From NCBI GenBank assembly GCA_013239625.1, contig MU054001.1, positions 3,512,167-3,576,166 of the forward strand: a stretch of DNA of 64,000 nt, in the 5' to 3' direction. Within the stretch, counting starts at the first letter, position 1. Every line of letters begins with the position of its first letter. Of this stretch, positions 43,916 through 56,110 are shown piece by piece. This DNA is from Lama guanicoe (Eukaryota). Below the pieces are notes generated by a model that saw only the letters and a list, made by a program, of their open reading frames with translations, searched no databases and was not told where the DNA came from. Both the position numbers and the translations under genes were made by a program.

Positions 43916-43959
43916 TAGGAGTGAGGGACAAGGGTGAGTATAAAGGAGATGTCAACAGA

Positions 43960-44539
43960 TGTAAACAGAGGTGAAGCACAAGGAAAGGGGACAGGACACA
44001 ACCATCGAAGGAGTGACACAGCCGCTGAGGACAGGACAAACGTTAGAACCAAGATGGTGGGAGGCTCGACTTCCAGTAGACCTTGAGCCTCACGGCACAC
44101 CCACAGGAGCCACGGCAGTTCCCCAGCTGACCATAAAAGGTCAAAAAGTGGGCGAGGGGGTCGTTTCCTGGAAATCTTGGCCCCTTCCCCAAAGTAGCTG
44201 GAATAAACCTCCTACTCATTAGCATATGGAATTACCCAGCCCATAAAACCTAACAACTTCGCATCTCACGGTCACTTTCTTTCCTTCTGAGACGGCCCGC
44301 GCTCTGTCTATGGAGTGTGTATCTACTTCTGCTTTAAATTAAACACCCCACGCCTCTCGGTCTCTGTCCCTCTCACCTTTCTGAGATGGCCCACATTCTG
44401 CCTATGGAGTGCGTGTCTCCTAAGCCGTTTTCCCTCACTCTCTGTGAAGTGTGTATCTCTCTAAATAACCTTACTTTCACTTTACTTTGCCTTGCTCTTG
44501 AATTCTTTCCCATGTGAGGCAAGAACCTATTCTCCCTCA
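43960..44539 (+). mobile_element. Solo ERV LTR (ERV1-like)
   Basis: TG...CA ends, candidate TSD ACAGA/ACGGA, TATA-like cccataaaa, U5-like cttgaattctttcc...caagaacc. A related copy lies at 63770-64000. Confidence 0.75.
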
Positions 44540-44899
44540 ACGGAGGCAGGAAGGTGGAAGGTCTTGCAGACCACAGTGAGGGGCTTGTATGTCGCCCGGA
44601 CATGACTGAGACCCAGCCATCAGAGTGATCTGTGAGGACTGGATCTGGGCAGAGGAGTCGGGGAGCAGGGAGCCTGGGTAGGAAGCTGCTGTCTGGGTCC
44701 AGGAGAGAGGATGAAATCCGGGACTAGAGCAGAGGGAGTGAGAGTGGAGATCAGGCAGTTAGGTGTGGAGCAGGAATGTGTAGAGACCAAAGGGAAGAGG
44801 ATAAGTTTAGTCTGGGGCATGATGCATTCGAGGTCCTTAGCTCGTTAGGGGAGACTGGGCTGAAGGTCAGGGCTCAGGGCTCAGGGCTCATCCCCATGT

Positions 44900-45015
44900 A
44901 AACCTAGAACATTCGAGCTGAAAGGGTTATTAGAGACTATTTCACCCACCCTCCCACCCATTTTAAAGATGGGGAAACTGAGTTCCAGAAGGAGAAAGGA
45001 CCTTGTCACCATCCC
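44900..45015 (-). mobile_element. MIR SINE
   Basis: cccattttaaagatggggaaactgagttccagaaggag. Confidence 0.65.
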
Positions 45016-48000
45016 AGCGGGTCTCCGGAATCCTTTTCCAGATTGATTACTTCCTTTCAATGGAAAAATTTCCATTTTAATTGCCAGATAAGAGAACTGA
45101 CTGTGAAAGCAGGGGAGAGATATTGTAAGTGGAGTCAGGGCTTAAACAATGTTTTCCAAACTTTGGTCATTTTCAGATTTCCTCATGATCAGTCAATCAC
45201 TATTTTAATTAACTCCACTATTTTTAATAAACTTCTTTAAAAGAGAAAGCTTGTATCACTTCTGTACGTGGAAGTTGACCTTCTTTCTCCTATAAGAAGA
45301 AACAAATCTGAAAATGAAAGTGGTAAAAAATAGAGCAATCTTACGTTCTAACCATATACTGTTGCCTGCCTTTGTTAAACAGAGAGATTTGAACTCTTTG
45401 TTTTTTATAATTCACTGTAATTTGGAGAGGTTCTCCAAAGTTTGGAGAAGAGTTAAAGACATATTTGCACCAATCTAGATTTTTCCACTTGTCTTTATAA
45501 GATTGGAAGATAGTTGAAAAGGGAACATTTTTCTCGCAACGTGAGTCACAGTTAATAGTTAATGAGGCCCTGTATCTCCTAAAACAGGTCATACTTCGGG
45601 ACATCCTGAGCTAGGAAAAAAGGAAATAAAATTTATCACTTCCACAAAGTAATGGGTTGTTTTGTTGACTGATTAAAGAAAAAGAATGAGGAAGTGCCAA
45701 GTGGCATGCATTTGTTGAAAAACTTCATTAATTGATGTAATCAAACCCATTTTCAAAGAGCTCTTTGTGAGAATGCTTTTGGTTTGCCATTTGGTCCATC
45801 TAGCACGATGCCCTGCCTTGCCCCTGCCTCCTGGGCTGGTCACAGGCTCCAGTGAGCGTATCATACACCCAAGAGCCGTGACTGTGAGCTGTGCTGGTGC
45901 CAGTGAGCTGTCCCTAGAGATGCGCTCACCCTTCCTCGGGGCTACCCCACTGCAGGAAGGAAGCAGGGCACAGCCTCGGGAGGGTGCCTCCTGGGGAGCC
46001 AAGTCTACTCACCTTCTACCAGGTCTGGGGCAAACCACGCATCCCTGGGCTCTCAAATATTCTCTGGAAGGGCTCCTGATCTTTCGTCAACTATGCATCT
46101 TACAATCAGATTCTCCGAAAAACAGAGCCCAGGAAAAGGACTTGAAATAGGGTCCCAGGAAACGAGAGTTGAAGGAGCAGGCAGAGTAAGGGAGGCAAGA
46201 AAGGAAAACCAAAAAAAGTTGTTGAGCTGCTTGCCGCCCAGGACAGAGGGGCCCCATTGCACTGGGGACCGTCTGGGGACCATGCAGGACTCAGCTCAGT
46301 GTTGTCCTTCCCTGGGGATGAGGCCGGGTCGTTCCTGTTTCCCACAGCCTTGGTGGAAGGTCGCCCGTAGTGTGAGGACAGCTCCCTGGACTCCGGGGCC
46401 GTGCCTGCACCAGGGCTGAGCAGCCACTCACACTTCCCAGGACAGCGAGATAGAAAAGTAGAGAGATGGCCCAGGCACACAGGCGTGGGGTGTCCAACCA
46501 TCTACCACCTCTGTGCTGAAATCTGTGCGACCACGGGGATGTGGCTCAGGCCACAGAAAGCCTGTGTCTCATCACATTCTCTCCAACTCTGAGGAACGCG
46601 GGTGGCCAGAGGTAGGCTGCACCCCATGGATGGAGGTTCTGGGCCATCCCCCAGTCCCCCCAGGTGGCGGTGATGGACGGGGTTGGTGAAGAGGTGGAGT
46701 GTTGCTTGAGTCCCTCTCACCTCTCCCCACCCATCAACCCACCAAACCCTGCTTCAGGCAGCTGCCTCATCCTCGTCTCCCAGGAAATGATCTATGAGGA
46801 GAAATCCAGCTTGGGGCTCCCAGAGCTCCTGCCTGTGTCAAGTTAACATTGATTTCTTGTTTCCTTGGCTGTACGGCTGGCTGGAGGAGGCTTTTCAGGG
46901 CCACTGGCTTTCAGGGCGCAGTGGCCCCTTCACAGGTGTGATTTGTGACTGAAGCAAGTTGGTCATGGCGGGAGGAGGGAGAGGAGGAGGAGGAATTGAT
47001 TTAGGACCATCACCTGGAACTGCTTATGCATCATGCTCACTGCCCGTGCCTTTGACCCTCCCCCAGACCCAGTGAGCTCCCCTATGGCTTAAGTGGAGGC
47101 CCAGGTGGAAACTTTGGGGAGGCAGGGGTGGTGAGGGGCGGAGAGTGGCTTACCTCTGCAAGTCTCCCTCCTCCCTTCCCCTCCCCTCCCCTCCCCCAGC
47201 TCATCTGAAAGGGATGCAGAAATGTCAATTGTCTCCTAGCTCTGTTACTTTGCTAACCCAATCAATCCATATGAAAAGAACAGATTAAATTGACTGATCC
47301 TCATATCTTTAATGATTGCTGCTATTTGACCAGGATACGTTTCTCAGGAAGCCCCTGTCACAAGCTGTCGATAGCCTTTTAATCCCGCGTTACTGAACAT
47401 GGGGCTTTCTTACTCCCCAAGATGGCAGGTCTCGGGCGATTCCAGAGCTTGCACAGCAAGAAGTGAGATATCAAGTGGTTCCTCCTCGCTAGTGGGTGAT
47501 GGGGTTTAACTCTCGGTTTATGGATTTTTGCAGCAGGTGTATCTTCTTGCACAAATGATTCCTTGCCTTCCAACTCTGCCTTCGTAATTTTTTAGGGAGG
47601 TCTCTGCTAGTCAGAAGGCGTGCCACGAAATTCTTAGACCAAAAAGAAAAAAAAAAAAAACCCTAGTGAAATGGAAATGTGTCACTATTTGCAGTGATAT
47701 TATGTGTGTGATGATATTATTAACCCCCATTTTTGAAGCCTTTGTTTTCCAGCTTTTCTTTGATTTTATTGTCACAGAAATCCAAAAAGGTTGATGTTTT
47801 TATTTCTGTATTTTGTGATGAGGACACAAAGATAAAGAGAGATTAAGGAACTTGTCGGAGGTCACACAGCAAACCCATGGCAGAGCTCGGATGCCAGCCC
47901 TAGCTGTCGGACTACGTGTACCGAGTCATTCACCCCTGCACGATGATAATAAAATTCATGTGTGCTGCTAAGTACTGTGTGTGATGGGTACATGCCCTGT

Positions 48001-48346
48001 GATAATATTTGATTAAGATGCCAGCCTTAAAAATACAGCAGTTATGGTCTCCTGGATCCCTAAGGTTTCACCGTCTTTTTACAGCTTTGAAAATACGGAG
48101 TCCCCAACACGGCCTGATTCCAGGTGAATGCTTCAGCTAGCAACATTGTAGGAACACCTATCTACCCCTTCTCTGTGTGTACCTGTGACTCTCTCGGTCT
48201 CTGTCTCTCTTTCTCTGCCTCTGCCTCTGTCACTGTCTCTGTTTCTCTCTCCAGAGCTGCAAGTCTGGAACTCCTCAATTGCATACACATTCTAACTATC
48301 CAGATTTTAAAGACTTGTTTCCTATACTCACTCAGCAACGAATGAA

Positions 48347-48455
48347 GGGAGGGTAGAGTATGTGCTTAGCATGCACGAGGTCCCAGGTTCAATCCCCTGT
48401 ATCTCCATTAAAAACTAATAATAAAATAAATAAAAACAGAATGTATTAAAAAAAA
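48347..48455 (+). mobile_element. tRNA-Ala-derived SINE (camelid type) with A-rich tail, inserted in an L2 tail
   Basis: gggagggtagagtatgtgcttagcatgcacgaggtcccaGGTTCAATCCcctgtatctcca plus A-rich tail. B box intact, A box region deleted, anticodon-loop-like cttAGCat. Confidence 0.75.
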
Positions 48456-51134
48456 TATTTACCAAGCACCTACCATATGCCAGTCACTTCTAGGGAAAAG
48501 AAAGGAAAGACATGGTTCCTGTACTCAAGAAACTTATACTCTGCTTTCTGCAAATACACAAAGACAGCTGCAATATTGTCTAAGGTTTGTGACAGATGCC
48601 TGGGGCATGGTGGTGACAGCACCTTTCACTGGCGCCATGTGGGGAAGGCTTCACGGAGAGAGTGGTGTTTGCCCTAAGCCCTGAAGACCATGTGGTGATA
48701 GCCAGCTGGAGGAGGGCTTGTATTCAAGGATAGGCTATTTCTTTAAAATTGTGGCTGGTTATTTTTGGTAATTTAGACTGATTGGCATATGGTGGTGAGA
48801 CATGGTGATAGGAAGCAGGGTGGATGAAGATGGAGGGGTTAGTAACACTAGGAAATGAGGCTGCACAGTTAAAGAAGTTTGACTTCCATCCGGAAGGCAC
48901 TGAGGCTCCATGGAAGAATTTTAAGCATGGCAGTCATAAGAAGCTAATAGCCTATAGCTGAGAGTATGGGATCTTGTTTAAGACTCAAGTCTCTCACCAG
49001 CCATGTGGCCTTGAGCTAATGTGTGTCCTACCCTGCTAAGCTTCCAAGCCCTTGCCAAGTAATAGTTATCTCAGAGGTTAGCTGCAAGGGTTAAAGGAGA
49101 GATGGGAGATGCAGGGCTTAATGCCAGAGCCAGGCACATAGTAAGTGCTAAACAAACACAGTTGCTTTTATGATCAGATTTGCATTTTAGACAGCTCTTT
49201 CGGGAAGGAATCTATACATGAAGAAATTCAGGCTGGATGTGCAGAGAAACATTAGGACACTGAGAGGGTAATTGGGCAAGAGGTGACGCTGAGCTACCAC
49301 TGCTGCAGGGGATGGAGATATGAAGGAGGTCAAATTGGCAGTGGGCTGTTACAGGTGGATGAGGGAGCTAGAGGAGTCTAGGATGCCTTCTCAACTTCTG
49401 GTTTGGTGAATGCGTGGACAGTGATGTCATTCCTCGGGATAATGATTATAGGAAAAGCCATAAACTTGGGAGGGAATGAAGAGTTCAGACTGGGAGGTGT
49501 TGGATTTGAGGTGCTTATGGGCTCATCAGTGATGCTGCCTGGAATGAACTTGATCAAAGTATTTGGACTCTGGATAAATTCCTCTTCCCAAAGGACTGAA
49601 AGCTCCTCCTAGCCTGGGGCTATGTTCTTTGGAACATAGCTTTGTTCTTCTTTTGTATCTTCCAGAGAAATGCCCGCAGGGCAGGGCCCAGGGAATCCTG
49701 TCCATTTCTCAGGGAGACCACAGAACAGATGACCCCCCCACCTCCAACAAACTTCCCTGTCATTTAGGAATTGCTGCTCTATCACTGACACATACTTACC
49801 TTGTCTCCACTAGATGACACACTTATGGATGGTGAGGTGACTCCTTTCCTATCGCTACCCCCATGCCTAGCACAGGGCTGGGATCTGTTGCAGACTTACT
49901 GATGAATGGGAGGATTTTGCCTCCAGAGAAAGCTCTTGTGACTTTCTGCTTCGTCCTCTATGTCTACAAAAATGGGAACCTTGCTCAATCCACATGGAAG
50001 GGGATAGCTGATCAGGGAGGTGAGCCCCTTTGGGGACCCTGAGACGTCTGCTCCGAGCTCACGGGGCAACATGGAGGCAGGCTGTTTGGAGACAGAGGCA
50101 GTTTGAGCTCAGTCCCGACTCCTGGTTTGTAAACGCACAGCATCAGAGTCCCAGGCTTTGAGAAGGTGGAGTCTCCGCCTGACCTTCCATACATCATTCT
50201 TGACTTTCTCCCGCCCCACCACATTCCTGTCTTGAGCATTTGATCTATGGTCTATAAGTAGATGTAACAAAATGCCAAGTTTCTTTAAAAAGAAAGCCAC
50301 ACACCCCCAAAGACGTAACCTGGGGATCGTCCAATAACAGACAAAACCCTGCTCACTTGTGTTGGGCTGGGACACACTGTCTGCCTGAAATCTCCATGTT
50401 CCAGATCCCTGCCTCCTGCTTGCATCCACCAGTCATTTCTCTCTGAACCTGTATTTGTTTTCATGTTGCTTGTAAAAAGCCACAAATAGCTTGTTTAAGT
50501 ATAACGTAAAAAGCGTGAGCTGGAAGGCGCTGTTCTGTTCCCTAGCAACTTCTGCCTCAGCAAAGAGGCAGGTCTGGAGTAAGAGGGGATGTTGAAGCTG
50601 GTCCTTTTTGGCTTGTGAGTGTCATCCATCCATGTAGCAAGCGACATCTCCTTCCCTTTGCTTCAAGGGAAATGAAAGGGAAGATCCCCAGGGTCCCCAT
50701 CAGTGTAGACTGCCCCTCTCTAATCAGGGACTTTAACCTCCTTTAGAAACCAGAGGCTTGCTAGGTAATCTTATTGTCTGTTCCCTTCTCAGGGCCTCAA
50801 CCTTTCCTTCTATAAAATCGTGGAGTACATTAGAGGATTCCTATCAGAAGGGTTTGCATATCTAAATTGACAAGTGAGAGAGGGTTAGTGGACCTCTTTT
50901 AGAACATTCTTTTGGCTTGAGCTAGAGGTGACCCAAGGAGTTAAGGGTGTGATGGTGCTATGCCCCTGCCCGCCTCTTCTGCAAGACCCACCCAGACCAT
51001 TTGCTGAAGGACCCGCCTTCACCCAAATTTCACCTCCATAATGAATTCTATATGTGATTCTTTGTCTATAACGGAGTTTGTCAATCTCGTTATTAACGTG
51101 GATCAGATCATTCTTAATTTTTCATCTGAATTCT

Positions 51135-51286
51135 TTGTGCATTGTAGGGTGCTTAGCATCCTTGACGTCTACCCACTGGATGGTCAGTAGCATTTCCCCC
51201 TTGTGTGACAACCAAAAAGATCTGCAGACATCATGCAATGTCCCCTAGGAGGGATGTAAAATCGCCCCTGGTTGAGAATCATGGTC
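51135..51286 (+). mobile_element. MER20 3' fragment
   Basis: tgtgcattgtaggg...gtgacaaccaaaaa...tgtcccctagg...aaaatcgcccctggttgagaa. Confidence 0.7.
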
Positions 51287-54200
51287 TACAACATGATCAC
51301 ATCGGGCTGTATTTATTATTTGTCTTTTGCACTAAGTCTGAGCTCCCTCTTGGATAAGGCTGTGTTTATTTATTCCTGAGGCATGTAGTAGGTGCGTGGA
51401 ATGAATGGCAATGGTTGGAGATACAGGAGGTCTCTGGGTCAGATGGACTTTTTGTATTTCTTATACCACAGTCATCCACTGGTTAACAGAGATTCATTAA
51501 TCTCCGGTAGGTGTCAGGTGCCCGTGTTTCAGGGCATTATGGGACTTACATTCTTGTGGGAGCAGGATGGTGAGGGGAGGTGTGCAAAAAATAAATGGGT
51601 ACATGAGCAAGATAACTTCTGGCAATGATTAGCCCTAAGAAAAAAATATTTAAAGAGCCAAAGATAAAGAGATGGGAGTAGCGGTGTCTTAGACCTGGTG
51701 GTTACTTCGACAGTGACTTCTGAGCTGTCATTGTAACTTAGGGAGGGAATCAGAAGCACTGACATAAAGTATTCATCTTGGTGTTTTCACCCTTAGTGCT
51801 TGGCACTTAGTAGGTCCTCAGTAAAAATTTGTTGGTAGCATGAATGCTCCCTCTTCTCTCAGCAAGCAGAGTTGGTGCTGCAAATATTCACTGCCCTTTG
51901 AATTCTAGCATAAGTTCTAGAACTATCAGCCAGTGGGGTGTTGAGTGAACAATGTCTGCGGGCAAAGTCTGAATCAACCCCTGAATCATCCTGTCTCCGC
52001 TCGGTTCTGTTTTTACAAAGAGAGTTTCTTTAAAATAGAGCGGGGCAATAATCTCTCCAAATCAATCATTTAATCACACATCAATCATCGTCGTCATTTA
52101 AAACCTGAAACCACATCTCTACACTCGGGCCATTTCCCGGTCCAGGTGTGAACCCAGGACCGGTGGGGGAAATATGCGAGCTTCCCACCCACCCAGGATC
52201 TACCTTGCGATCAAATGCGCTCGGAGGACGGGGTAGCATTACCATTGTGCCTGGATAAGAAGGTCCCCGTTCCGGCCCCCACCCCGCCGCAGGGGAGGCT
52301 GGGGAGGTGGGGAGGAAAAAAGAGCTTAATCATTAATAACATTAACTTGCATTTCTAGAGCCTTGAAAATGAGAATTTTGCCCTTTTTTTTCCCTGGGAG
52401 TAAATTGGGTCAGAGTGTTCCCAGAATTTACATTTCAATTAAAAATACAATAATAACACATTGTGCTAATAGTGAATGATTCCGACTCCAGGGAAGATGA
52501 CACCGCCCGCTACTTTGTTAAAGAAAAGCCTCCTTCATTGGGACGGGCCACACATCAGCGGTCACAAATCTCCTGTCTTGTTCGGGGGGCTGGCGGGTGG
52601 AATGGGCAGGGAGGGGTTCGGCTGGGGCTGGCGGAGGTAAGTGAGGCACCACCGCCCTGCTGGGGGATCCCAGGGGAGGCCAGCCCGTCCGCACTGCCCA
52701 GATCTGGGCATCCCTTCTTCCCCCAGCCCACCTTTCAAAAGGAACCTGACTTTGTTTTTACATTCAGATTTTTAAAAAATAAATAAGGTTAGGTTCTTTT
52801 TTGATTTCCTTTGGGGTTTGTTGTTGTTTTGGGGTTCAGTTTTTTATTTTTACTTTTGTAGCCCATAGCTGATGGCACCAGAGAGCTTGCCACAGACACC
52901 CACTCCCCCAAAGCCTTTCTGAGTGGATTAACTTTAAAAACACCCCTCGTTTGGCCCTTAAGCTGGAATCTGATAGAAACTTCAGCCTGGGCCTGCACCA
53001 CAACCTGAGCGCCTGCTGCCTTGAGAGAAAGCGATTTGCAGGCCCACGGGCGGTGGCGGCGGGCCTACCTCTGTGGCTTTCTTTGAGAAGGCTCCTTGCC
53101 TCACTGATGTTTACAGTTGGTCTAAAAATCCCTCAGATGGATCCCTTTATCTGGGTGTGGGAATATGGGAAAGAGAAGGGAGATGTTGGCTCGGCAGGTG
53201 GGGCCTCGGGAGCCTGCCCCCAGGACACTGCAAAGGTGGGGCAAAAAATGTACACCCATAGTTTCTCTCAGAAAAGAAAGAACCTGGTGGTCAGTTCTGT
53301 TTTCATCTGAAAACATACTTGACATGTGGGGAAAGAAGATCACTCAGCACCCCTTCTCCAGGAGTGGGGAGCTTCAGAAACAGGTAGAGGAGCAGCACTT
53401 GGGAACCTGTGGATGTGGGGACACAGACCCCCCCCAACCCCACTTAGGTATTTTGATGGACCCCTGGTGGGTCTGGTGGTCCCTGTTACTTCCGTCTGGG
53501 CTGGGCCAGGTCAAGTGGGAAGGAAACATCCAGAATGTATTAAGCGCAGGTGATAAGTGCCAGCCATGGCCTTTCATCGTGTATTATTCAAAATCTTTTA
53601 GTGGGTTTAAAAATATACGTGTATTTATTTTACCCAAAGTGAAGTGAAATGCCTCCAATACTTAAATACCTAGGATGCTGAAAACTTGAAATGGCCAAAA
53701 AAACAACTGCCCTGGATATCGTGTTCTGCAGCCAGACAGAGAAGGGGTGGGAGCTGGGCTCCAGCGGGCTCCCCGCAACAACTGCAGGTACCCGTGATGG
53801 TCCTGAAGCTGGGCCTCTCTCTCTTTCTCTCGCTGTTTCTAAACCACTGAAGGAGGATGGAGATCATGAAAGTTCAGGCCTTCAAGTTTTAAGGTCTAAT
53901 AATTATCAGTGTGTAATTAGCATTCCCCAATAGTAACACTTTTTTTTTTTTTTACTGTAATACTTGTTTTACCCCAAAGCGTGGACCCAGTTGCCTGGGG
54001 TATAGATAACACACCCAAGTGGCATTCATTATCATCAGTCAATTCTTCCTTCTTCTTTGTCTTTAAGAGTCTAAGCCATTCCCGTCATGCTTTGCCTAGA
54101 CTCTGAGAATCAAGCCACACCTCACTGTCCACATTAACCCAACTTTGCTAGTCCATATTCTTTAGCCCAACTTGACTTTTCCAGGACTGTCCCGCTCAAG

Positions 54201-54699
54201 CACATGCTTGGACTTTCCAAAAGACCCATCGCCTCTTCAGTGAGAGCATCCACAGACACTTTGTGCCCTAAGATTCCTCTGAATCTGTCCTCTCAACATC
54301 CTTGCCTTGCTGTTTCTACCAATCCTGAACTGTTATCTTGTGGTTCTTACCCGATTGAGTCCGTGCATGGAGAGGGCCTCCAGAAACCAAACTTCCAATT
54401 CTCAGTAAATTCTGATCCTCCTTGCCCTGTTCTGAGACATGGCCAGGACTCTGCCAAAGTGATGACCTCCTTGCCCAGGAAGCTATACCCTCAGCTGTGT
54501 CTTAGCGACAGGTTGTCTTCGTAATACCTGGGGAGCCAACTTTTGACGTCTGTCTTTCTTTCTGATTACCTGCCTAGGAGAAGTCACTGCTGGGTGCTAA
54601 CTGAAGGTCTTTGCCACCTTCTGATTTTTCCTTATCTCCTTTTCTCAAATAGAGAATGGGCCTCGGGTGCAGAGCTTTGAACTGATGACAATATCTGAT

Positions 54700-56110
54700 A
54701 AAAATTAAATCATATTGTTTTGTTTTAATTGTATTGGTTTTTGATCCCTTTAAAAAGTTGTTTTAAAACTAATGCAAAAACATTGCTTAACACATAGCTG
54801 AATAGTACAAGGCTTATAATGAGCAGCAGGCCTCTCGGTCCTCCCCTCTCTCCCAGCCCCAAAATGCCAATTCCCTGAAGCAACCACTGTCAATTGTTAT
54901 AGCTGTTTCTTCCGAGTTTTATCCTTTATACTTTCACGACATGTTTATGCTAATGTCTCCTGATTTTGTTTCACAGAACAGGTAGGTACTATTAATTTCC
55001 AAATATGAACAATTTCTCTTAGACCCCTTCTTACTCACATATATTTCCCCTTCCTTCCAAGTTCCCACCATTGGTATATTATATTTTTTATGAAATTCAG
55101 ATTTAGTGTTTTCATTATGATAAATGGATAAATATTATTCGCAGCTTAGTTGGATAGTGTCTTAGGCTGTCACCCTTTCCTGGCCTTTGCCTCCTTTGGC
55201 TTGGCTTTCTTTGAATGTCTGGGTGACTCTTCCCACACCCTCCAGTAGCTCTGTACAAAGGCTCTCAATCCAATTTTACACCCGGCCACACCTGTCAGTT
55301 AATCTGTCAATTCCATTTTCTCCTGGAGACATCCCCCCTGGAGCCATCCACCCTCCTGTCCCTCTGATCCCCCTTGCTCCTCAGGCCTACAGCATAGCAG
55401 TCACCAGAAGCTTCCCTTGCTGCTGTCCTATGCAAGAACCCCCATGCCCTGGATCTCACATCTTCATCTTTCTTGACTTACTCCCTTGTTTTGATGGAGC
55501 ACATCCTCTAATATGTTCTTGAGAAAGGGTACAAATTTTTGACATCCAACATGCCTTAAAAAAGGGGCTTAGTATTCCCTTCCATTGGATTGAAGTTTGG
55601 CTATGTACAAAAGTCAAGCATTGAAATCATTTTCTTTCAGAATTTTAAAGACATTATCCCATGGGCTTCCAATGAATGCTGAGGAAAAGCTCACTGTCTC
55701 ATTCCTTCCTGGTTCTTTGTTGTTCTATTTTGTTTATTTTTCTCTCTGGAAGATCTTAGACTTTTCTTTCTATTCCTGGTGCTCTGAAATTTTATGATAA
55801 TATCCCTTGGTGTGGTTATTTGTTTGTTCACTCTGTTGGGCACTCAGTGGGCCCTCTGAATCTCAAAAACAAAGTCTTTAGTTTCTGGGAAATTTTCTTG
55901 TATTACTTCTTTGATAACTTCCTCCCCTCTGTATCCTGTTTCTTTTGTCTCTGAAAGGTCTATTATTCAGATAGTCCTGCAGCAATGCACTTATTTTCTT
56001 ATTCTTTATCCACTCTTCTCCATATTTTTGAACCTTTCTCTTGTTCCCTGGGTGTCCCTTTTTATAGTTTCATGTTTCTATTTCATGGGCATAATCTCTT
56101 TTTCTTACCT
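54700..56110 (-). mobile_element. Ancient, degraded L1 (L1ME/L1M5-like) fragments
   Basis: T-rich + strand with gaaatcattttctttcagaattttaaagacatt and ctctgaaattttatgataatatcccttggtgtgg motifs typical of old L1. Confidence 0.55.

Noticed and set aside
48347..48410. Functional tRNA-Ala gene
   Set aside because: D-arm/A box is deleted, the acceptor stem is poor and an A-rich tail follows; this is a SINE.
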